A stretch of DNA of 41,460 bases from the NCBI GenBank assembly GCA_964405725.1, contig CAYOOY010000005.1:2636-44095 (forward strand), written 5' to 3'. Numbering within the stretch: the stretch's first letter is position 1; each line of letters starts with the position of its first letter. The position numbers were made by a program, and so were the translations under genes. The DNA comes from an uncultured Methanosarcinales archaeon (GTDB lineage: Archaea; Nanobdellota; Nanobdellia; Woesearchaeales; GW2011-AR9). Positions 26,660 through 33,689 of the stretch are shown one piece after another. The notes beneath the pieces are model-generated. The model had not been told where the DNA came from. It did not search any database and saw only the letters and a list, made by a program, of their open reading frames with translations.

Positions 26660-28480
26660 ATGGACGATCAATTAGTTATTAAGCCAATACTTGAACAGAT
26701 TTTAGAGAGAGAATTACCACTTCATACATTAGAATCTCCCTTTAAGAGGTATGAACGTCTTTTTACTACATATTATCACCTTTTTGCGGGTCCACTTTCA
26801 TTAAGAATAACAGATTGTGATGATTCAAATACATTTGAAACTCTTCGTTTTAATAAATTAGGTCATGTGGTTGAGCTTACAGCAACGGTAGATGAAAGAT
26901 ACCATATTAAATCATACCCCTCGCTGAATGCTCTAAAAATACCGGCTTTAGATTGCTTTGATTTTCCCAATTTAACATCGTCTACTTTATTACCAGACCA
27001 TATGACAAATCAAGATATTACTACGTTGATATTCGAAATAATTAATTCATGGATTCCTACACCAAAAGAAATAATAAATGATGTCAGAGCAAGACATGTT
27101 TACAGAGGTACGCCATTAATCACTTATCCTCCGATCTATAGAGAATTACAAAAGTATGTTGATAATCCAGCATTACCACCACAAACGTTTATTTGTGATG
27201 GTTGGAAATATGAAATTTCAGCAGATAAAGTTGATACACTATTTGTTGGCCATAACGTTCCTATTCCTAACACAGCAAGAATTATCTCTCCTCCAATAGA
27301 ACCAAATATGTATGGTGATTCAGCTGATTTTCCTAACTCATTTTCTCAAGATCGAGATGGCCTATTTTCTCATATTAGTACAGGAATTAGGTTCACGTCT
27401 AGTGGTCGCGAATTAAGATGCTTTTCCCCCACCTTAGCTAATGGAAAAACTCAAATTGCAACCAGACTATTGGAATGCCAAGGTATTATAATAAATCCTG
27501 CGGATACAGCTCAAAAAGACTTTGCTTTAAAAAAAAACCCTTCAAATCGTGCTATAAAAGGCTTTGATTATTTCGATACTCGATATCTGGATGAAGTTGT
27601 GCGTACACTTGATTCATTTTCTTCTGATTTCCAATCTGATTCCCTCTATGAGAAACTAGTCAAAGTACTTCCGGAATCTGCACTTGAAGGAAATGAAGAA
27701 CTATGGAAAACGTTGATAGATATATCTACTAATAATACTGTAAGTTATAATGAATCATTTTTTGTTACTGATCGTTCAAAGGATAAATGGTTACTTAAAA
27801 TTACCAATAATAAACAGAAAGCAGAGATTGAAGCAGCAGCTAATTACTATCTTTCAAGTGAATTAGATTTTATAGTTCCTGGAAAATCACCAATACCCAT
27901 AGAAGGAAATAACTATTATATTACAATGCAAAAAGTAATTGATGATCCTACCCCGCGATCTTTAGATTACTGGATTGGGGCGTATGCAGCATTTCATCAA
28001 AATGTCGAATCAATATTTAACAAGTATAATGTTGACTTATCAACATATCAGGTTAAAGGAGATACTGCTCAATTACGAGAACATCTAAGAATGCCAATTG
28101 ATAGAACGTTGCTAAATGATGCAATAGATTATCTTAGAGAGTCTCCTCTTATCTGCCCAATTCAAGGAGATGCAAAAGAGGATAATCGATATGGAAGATT
28201 CATGGTAGATTTGGAAATGATGAGTTATGGCCATCCTGCACAAGATCTTGCACTTTTATTCTCGAGTTATAATGTGCCAAAGGAACAATGGGGATTAAAA
28301 CTTAACCAGTATGCGGCTTGTCGAAACTTTACTGAACAAGAACGAAAAGATCTTCACGATGGAATGATATATGCCTCACAATATCATCTTGTAAAAGAAT
28401 TAAATGGAATAGAAAGTAGAATAAGTACACCTACAACAAGATTCCAGCAAGAAAAATTACAACAATTCTTAGCTGCATAA
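26660..28480 (+). CDS. Large protein with a C-terminal APH/choline-kinase-like (protein-kinase-fold) domain
   Basis: Catalytic-loop-like ICPIQGDAKEDNRYG (HGDxxxxN type with Q in place of H) and Mg-loop-like VDLEMMSYGHPAQDLALL. The N-terminal ~380 aa is unassigned. ATTTATAAAG lies about 25 nt upstream of the ATG. Confidence 0.55.
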   Translation: MDDQLVIKPILEQILERELPLHTLESPFKRYERLFTTYYHLFAGPLSLRITDCDDSNTFETLRFNKLGHVVELTATVDERYHIKSYPSLNALKIPALDCFDFPNLTSSTLLPDHMTNQDITTLIFEIINSWIPTPKEIINDVRARHVYRGTPLITYPPIYRELQKYVDNPALPPQTFICDGWKYEISADKVDTLFVGHNVPIPNTARIISPPIEPNMYGDSADFPNSFSQDRDGLFSHISTGIRFTSSGRELRCFSPTLANGKTQIATRLLECQGIIINPADTAQKDFALKKNPSNRAIKGFDYFDTRYLDEVVRTLDSFSSDFQSDSLYEKLVKVLPESALEGNEELWKTLIDISTNNTVSYNESFFVTDRSKDKWLLKITNNKQKAEIEAAANYYLSSELDFIVPGKSPIPIEGNNYYITMQKVIDDPTPRSLDYWIGAYAAFHQNVESIFNKYNVDLSTYQVKGDTAQLREHLRMPIDRTLLNDAIDYLRESPLICPIQGDAKEDNRYGRFMVDLEMMSYGHPAQDLALLFSSYNVPKEQWGLKLNQYAACRNFTEQERKDLHDGMIYASQYHLVKELNGIESRISTPTTRFQQEKLQQFLAA

Positions 28481-29347
28481 TATTCCAATTCTTGAATTAA
28501 GTTGTGTTAATAATTTACTAAGGCGATAGCAATGTATTTTCAAAAGAGGATTAAATTTGACAGTTTTTCCTGCATAATCTAATCTTATTTTGTGTATTTT
28601 TTTCCATGATTTTTCCATCATAGCATAGTCTTTTTTAAGATACACTTTATACAATTCTTCAAAAAATACTCTCTTTGTAGAAAAATTAGTAAGGTCTTTG
28701 ATGTTATGTTCTACAATGTGTTCTGCAGTATTATAAAATTCTGCGCTTATTTTTTCAAGAATAGTAATTATTTCGTAATAATTATATGTGTTGTCTTCAC
28801 CAAATTTAGTCATATAAATTGAACGCAAAATATGATCTCTAAGTTTCAACATTGTTCCCTTTGCAACTGATTTAATTTGAGATAGATCTGCTTTTTTTCC
28901 TTGTTCTTCAACTTGTTTTCCAAGAACATTTACACTTTGAAACATACGAATGATTAATTTTTCAATTTCTTCTTGATTTATTGTTAAAAATGATTTAATC
29001 ACAATAGCATTTTTCTTTTGTTCCACAATTTCTAATCCTGTAAAGCTTGAGATTATTTTATTTACATCATTCATATCTGGTGCAATTTTATAGGTTAATG
29101 TAATCTTTGTATATCCTGATTTATACAAAGATGAGATAAGGCTTCGTAAATGAGAAGAAGTATAATTATCAATTGATATTTTCTTTTCTTTAACTGCTTC
29201 TGCAGCGTTTTTTGCAATAATTACTTGATTTTCAGTTTCTTCTACTTCAACTTCATCACCATTCTTTAAATTATGACGAACAGCCCACTTTCTAGGTAAT
29301 GAGATAGTATATGTTGAATTCCCCTGAATTACAATTCTTCGTTTCAT
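28469..29347 (-). CDS. AbrB/SpoVT-domain plus PhoU-like helical domain regulator (archaeal PhoU-type)
   Basis: The N-terminus MKRRIVIQGNSTYTISLPRKWAVRHNLKNGDEVEVEE is a typical SpoVT/AbrB swapped hairpin. The remainder is helical and of the length expected for a PhoU repeat pair. Confidence 0.6.
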   Translation of the reverse strand: MKRRIVIQGNSTYTISLPRKWAVRHNLKNGDEVEVEETENQVIIAKNAAEAVKEKKISIDNYTSSHLRSLISSLYKSGYTKITLTYKIAPDMNDVNKIISSFTGLEIVEQKKNAIVIKSFLTINQEEIEKLIIRMFQSVNVLGKQVEEQGKKADLSQIKSVAKGTMLKLRDHILRSIYMTKFGEDNTYNYYEIITILEKISAEFYNTAEHIVEHNIKDLTNFSTKRVFFEELYKVYLKKDYAMMEKSWKKIHKIRLDYAGKTVKFNPLLKIHCYRLSKLLTQLNSRIGILCS

Positions 29348-29355
29348 AAGGTCTA

Positions 29356-29410
29356 TTTTTCTCTATTTTTTATAAACTTATTGGAAATTATATAGAAATA
29401 TAGAGAAAAA
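29356..29410. promoter_or_regulatory. Perfect 11-bp inverted repeat in the divergent regulator/operon spacer (candidate operator)
   Basis: TTTTTCTCTAT (29356-29366) and ATAGAGAAAAA (29400-29410) are exact reverse complements separated by 33 nt that contain TTTTTATAAAC and TATATAGAAATATAG. Confidence 0.6.
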
Positions 29411-29467
29411 GTTATATCTTATTTTGTTCTCACTCGATAGTACTAGTTGTGTGTTTGGAGAAATATA

Positions 29468-30085
29468 ATGAAATATACTCAAAATGTCAAAACAAGGATT
29501 TTAGGAACCACATTAGCGCTTTATGCTGCCCTAGGTGGATGTACAACTAATCACACCCAAATTGACTACAATAATGCAAAAGTACAATCTAAGATGCCAA
29601 GATTCGAAGATGGATTTTTACAAAATCTTGAAAAGATGTGTGAAGATTTAGACATGGACTGCATGGGTTTACTAAGTATTATGGATTATGAAACAGCAGG
29701 AACATTTAGTCCAAGAATCAAAAATCCACGAGGAACTGCAACTGGTTTGATTCAATTTACCAGTGCAACTGCTCGAGATTTAGGAACTTCAACTAAAGAA
29801 CTTCGCTCTATGACTCAAAATGAACAACTTGAATATGTTCGAAAATATTTTGAACAACATCAAGATAAAGCAGATTATTCAAATCCACGAGATATTGCTC
29901 TTTCTGTATTTTATCCAAAAGCAGTTGGTAAATCTGAGAACTTTACTATCACGAGAAAAGGGAAAAGAGCATATTGGCAAAATCGTGGTTTAGATAGACA
30001 TCCAAAAGATGGTAAAATTACTGCAAAAGAATATGTTCAGCCCGCTCTTCGAAGAGGATACTTTAGAGGAGGAAAAAAGAAATGA
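29468..30085 (+). CDS. Lipobox protein with a lytic-transglycosylase / lysozyme-like domain
   Basis: I prefer the ATG at 29468 (GGAG 8 nt upstream). Signal plus lipobox is TLALYAALGGC. The SLT-like pattern is MDYETAGTFSPRIKNPRGTATGLIQFTSATARDLG (E-[ST]...GL[MI]Q...TA). Confidence 0.6.
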   Translation: MKYTQNVKTRILGTTLALYAALGGCTTNHTQIDYNNAKVQSKMPRFEDGFLQNLEKMCEDLDMDCMGLLSIMDYETAGTFSPRIKNPRGTATGLIQFTSATARDLGTSTKELRSMTQNEQLEYVRKYFEQHQDKADYSNPRDIALSVFYPKAVGKSENFTITRKGKRAYWQNRGLDRHPKDGKITAKEYVQPALRRGYFRGGKKK

Positions 30086-30450
30086 ATAAAGGAAAAACAA
30101 AAAACACACAATACAAAACAAATCTTGGATCAAGTGTACTTACTCTCGCACTAGGTTTAGGAATTGGACAGGGATGTAAAGAATATCAATCCCCTGTTAA
30201 GTCCCTTGAAGAAAGAACAACAATAGTAACCGGATTAGGGGGGTCACCAGTTGTGTCAGCAGATGATTGTTCCAAAAAATACGCTCGTTGCCTTCAATTG
30301 TGTAAGGAATTACCTGCCTATAGACTTATGATAAGGTCAGATCAAGAAATAAAAAATAAAAAAGAATTTTGTGAATATATGTGTACTCAAACCATGAAAA
30401 AATATGATCTTTGTCAAGAGGATACGACACAGTTAGAGGAGGAAAAATGA
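30082..30450 (+). CDS. Small Cys-rich lipobox protein
   Basis: Signal plus lipobox SSVLTLALGLGIGQGC, six further Cys, and a C-terminal MKKYDLC motif. It has an ATGA overlap with the upstream gene. Confidence 0.6.
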   Translation: MNKGKTKNTQYKTNLGSSVLTLALGLGIGQGCKEYQSPVKSLEERTTIVTGLGGSPVVSADDCSKKYARCLQLCKELPAYRLMIRSDQEIKNKKEFCEYMCTQTMKKYDLCQEDTTQLEEEK

Positions 30451-30821
30451 ATCAATTAGAAAAATTAATTGCAAAAATTAGTCTTGGAATGTATCTAACT
30501 CTTGGACCAATAGGCTGTGATTCAAAGAATCCCTTTGCAAACCCTGTACGAGAGTATAATGGGAAAACAACATATCAAATAGAATTAGTCTCAGAGCCAT
30601 CTACACAATTTCCAACAGAAGAGCATGTTGCTCGTGAATTTAACAACCAAGGGTTTCCATGCGATAAAGCAACTGCAAATGATGTAATGTTTGCAGAGCC
30701 AGTTTGCTCTTTATATTCAGGGCCTCTTCCAAAAGCAACAGTACGTGTGAAATGTGATGCTAATACGCTTACATGTCCAGAATTTATGAAAAAATATGAT
30801 ATTTGTCCATTCGAGAAATAA
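30447..30821 (+). CDS. Small Cys-containing lipobox protein
   Basis: I prefer the ATG at 30447 (GGAGGAAAA immediately upstream, ATGA overlap). Signal plus lipobox is LGMYLTLGPIGC, and the C-terminal MKKYDIC motif is shared with the previous gene. Confidence 0.55.
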   Translation: MNQLEKLIAKISLGMYLTLGPIGCDSKNPFANPVREYNGKTTYQIELVSEPSTQFPTEEHVAREFNNQGFPCDKATANDVMFAEPVCSLYSGPLPKATVRVKCDANTLTCPEFMKKYDICPFEK

Positions 30822-30865
30822 GAAAAATTATGTGGTGTGAATAATAAACAGGAGAAAAATAGAAA

Positions 30866-31999
30866 ATGAATAAGGAAAAAATTAAACAAACATTTACACG
30901 ATATAGAACACATATTGGAGCAAGTGTACTTGCTCTCGCCTTAGGATTAGGAATTGGCCATGGATGTAGTGAAGATCCACAATGTTATCAACCAAGCCCA
31001 AAACCAAAAGTTACTGCGACAGAAAATCCTCTTCCTCGAGCAGCACCAACAAGAAAAACAACTCTTGCACCAGGTCCAGGATCACTTCCGAATCCAATTC
31101 AGGGATATTTATGTGAAGTTATTGCAGATACTAAATCTGTTCCAGTAGCTTCAGAAAAACCACTTACTCTTACCCCAATGAATCCGGGAAGGAAAGCAAA
31201 ACGAGATCACGATGGTAAAAAGAATTCCTTTGAAAACAATGTATTGGAAGCATATTTTGCAACAAATTCATGGAAATGTTATAAGAATGATATAACTGAT
31301 GTTGCAAAACTAGCAAAACAATTAGCACCAGGAACAACCGTTATTGTTGAAGGAAATGCTGATCACCGTGGATCTGAAAAATGGAATGATGAACTTGGAA
31401 CACATCGCGCCCAAGGTATTGAAGGGATTTTACTTCGTAATAACCCAACACTAAAAATTCAAACCACTTCGTATGGTGAAGAAAAAGCAACAAGAACAGA
31501 TAAAAAAGATCTGTATTTGGATAGAAAAGTATCTATTATTCCTAATAGAAGTGTTGTTAAGCAAGCGTTGGACAAATTACCTGCAGATGTCTACTTAGTG
31601 GATCAAAGTCATTCTATGATTAACCCAACACCCGCTGGCACATCACGATGGGAAGAGATTCAAAACTATTCTTTCCCAAAAGGTAAAAAGGTGTACACAT
31701 TTTCAGATACATCTCGAACATGTGGAACAAAACTTTCAGGTGAAAAACCAGTTGGTGGAACTCCAATGTATGATTCATTAAGTGAATTAATAAACCTAAC
31801 TCCTTTCGGAAAAACGATTACTATTTTAACAGATGGCGAAGATTCTTCAAGTCGTTATGCAACAGCAGACAAGGTAGTATCGCAAGCAACGGCAAAAAAT
31901 ATTTCCATTAATGTTGTAGATCTGTCTGGGGTACCACAAAATAGTGCATTAGGGATTGCAACACAAACTGGCGGAAAAACGTACCGGATAAGTAAGTAA
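30866..31999 (+). CDS. Lipobox protein fusing an OmpA C-terminal-like (peptidoglycan-binding) domain to a vWA domain
   Basis: Signal plus lipobox ASVLALALGLGIGHGC, then a Pro-rich linker. OmpA-like core: TVIVEGNADHRGSEKWNDELGTHRAQGIEGILL...YGEEKA...DRKVSII. vWA MIDAS residues: YLVDQSHSM, GGTPMYDSL, ITILTDGEDSS. Confidence 0.7.
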   Translation: MNKEKIKQTFTRYRTHIGASVLALALGLGIGHGCSEDPQCYQPSPKPKVTATENPLPRAAPTRKTTLAPGPGSLPNPIQGYLCEVIADTKSVPVASEKPLTLTPMNPGRKAKRDHDGKKNSFENNVLEAYFATNSWKCYKNDITDVAKLAKQLAPGTTVIVEGNADHRGSEKWNDELGTHRAQGIEGILLRNNPTLKIQTTSYGEEKATRTDKKDLYLDRKVSIIPNRSVVKQALDKLPADVYLVDQSHSMINPTPAGTSRWEEIQNYSFPKGKKVYTFSDTSRTCGTKLSGEKPVGGTPMYDSLSELINLTPFGKTITILTDGEDSSSRYATADKVVSQATAKNISINVVDLSGVPQNSALGIATQTGGKTYRISK

Positions 32000-32560
32000 A
32001 TGAATTTTAAGAGTGTACTTGTTGGAGCAGCACTTGTTATGGGATTAAGTGGATGTGATAAAGAATATCGTCCACTTAACCCTTTAATTCAAGAGAGAAT
32101 TGTAACTCATGAAAATCGAGAAGGAGGGATCGCAATTTATCAATTCCATACAAGAAGAGATCCTACTATCAAGGGTGCCACATTTATTAAACAATATAAA
32201 GTGGACCCTTATGGCCAAAGAACGTTAGCGGGACACTACCAAGATTTAAACAAAAATGTGAAAGTTGATAGAGGGGATTTTTGTTTTGTTACAGAAGGTG
32301 AAACACCCCACGTCCCTCTGGAAGATAGATTTGTGTGTTCAACTCATTTGCTAAATACAATTCACACACGGCATCCTGTAGCGTATGATGAAAAAGAAAG
32401 TGATTCCTATTATTTAGATGAGAATAAGAAACTAAAAACCTATGCTCGAGATGGAATTTGGTTCCTTCAAAACAGTCCGCATACACCTCAACAATCAATT
32501 AAAAAGGCCCAAGAGTGTATCACTCTTTGTCCAACATACTTATTGGAGACAAAAGGATAA
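32000..32560 (+). CDS. Lipobox protein, function unknown
   Basis: Signal plus lipobox GAALVMGLSGC. The ATG directly abuts the upstream TAA. Confidence 0.55.
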   Translation: MNFKSVLVGAALVMGLSGCDKEYRPLNPLIQERIVTHENREGGIAIYQFHTRRDPTIKGATFIKQYKVDPYGQRTLAGHYQDLNKNVKVDRGDFCFVTEGETPHVPLEDRFVCSTHLLNTIHTRHPVAYDEKESDSYYLDENKKLKTYARDGIWFLQNSPHTPQQSIKKAQECITLCPTYLLETKG

Positions 32561-32648
32561 TTTACTAAACACAATTGTCTAATAATTACTCCAACATATA
32601 CATTCCACTAAAATAACATCTAAAAAGAATAACTAAATCCTACAGCAC

Positions 32649-33647
32649 ATGAATTTAGATGTTGAGCTGTTACGTGGGGATCCTACTTTCTATCATGGTC
32701 CCATGAATTGCGGTAAAACACGAGACGCATCTGGAGATCTTGAGCAAATTGCCCATGCTGGATTTAATGTTATATCATACCAGAATGCAGCAAATGATCG
32801 CGATGGGGCTAATATAGTTGTAGACGGCCAGCACATTAAAGGAGCAGCTGTAGTAGCAAAATCAATAGATGAGGTAAAATCAGACTTCATTGCCAGACGA
32901 CAAGCAATTTTTTCTCGTAAGATTAAATTTGAAGGCCAAGATGGTTTTTTTGAATATAAAAACATACGTCATCGTAAATTCAAAGAATTAGTTGGAGTTC
33001 ATATTGACGAGATGAATTTATTTTGCACAACACCTGAAGAAACGAAAAAGGTGATTGATTTTATTCATTGGGGAAGGGAAGAAAATATTGTTCAAATATA
33101 TTCAGGGTTACTCTTTGATTTTCGTCACCAAATATTTGGTTATGTTGATTCACTTTTACCTTATGTAAATTCGGTTCAAATCAAAGCTAAGTGCAAATCA
33201 GATGTGCAAAGAAAGCAATGTGGGAAATCTGCAATCCATTCTCAGCGATTGTGGTCGCGAAAGTTCGCGGAAGATCAAGGTCTTGGATCAGTTCTTGATG
33301 AGTTTGAAATATATGATTTCTGGGATAAAAATCACCAATTGCAATCTGAAAATTATATTGCTGCTCCTTATTGGGACAAGACCTTGCGCATTGAAGAAGC
33401 AAAAGATGGACGTAATGTCTATTTACCCGTATGTTCAGATTGTGCTTCACTTCCACACAAAGACGAAGTATTCACAGTGTATGAATCTCTACAAAAAAAA
33501 GAATTCGATCCGCAAGCGATTTCTGATTCCCTTAATAATAAAATACTTCATTTTTTACTTGATGAAGAATGGATACATGAAAAGAAGAAAGGAAAATTAG
33601 ATGCAACTCCACTTTATAGAACTAAAATGGGTGTCTATGTCCCATAA
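32649..33647 (+). CDS. TK1-type thymidine-kinase-like protein with large insertions and a C-terminal extension
   Basis: P-loop GPMNCGKT, NDRDG, Walker B-like HIDEMNLF, GLLFDFRHQIF, and zinc-ribbon Cys pairs KCKSDVQRKQCGKSAIHSQR and LPVCSDC. At 332 aa it is much longer than the ~200 aa usual for TK1. Confidence 0.6.
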   Translation: MNLDVELLRGDPTFYHGPMNCGKTRDASGDLEQIAHAGFNVISYQNAANDRDGANIVVDGQHIKGAAVVAKSIDEVKSDFIARRQAIFSRKIKFEGQDGFFEYKNIRHRKFKELVGVHIDEMNLFCTTPEETKKVIDFIHWGREENIVQIYSGLLFDFRHQIFGYVDSLLPYVNSVQIKAKCKSDVQRKQCGKSAIHSQRLWSRKFAEDQGLGSVLDEFEIYDFWDKNHQLQSENYIAAPYWDKTLRIEEAKDGRNVYLPVCSDCASLPHKDEVFTVYESLQKKEFDPQAISDSLNNKILHFLLDEEWIHEKKKGKLDATPLYRTKMGVYVP

Positions 33648-33689
33648 TAGCACATAACATTTTTATACATTCTCATTACATCTCGCTAC

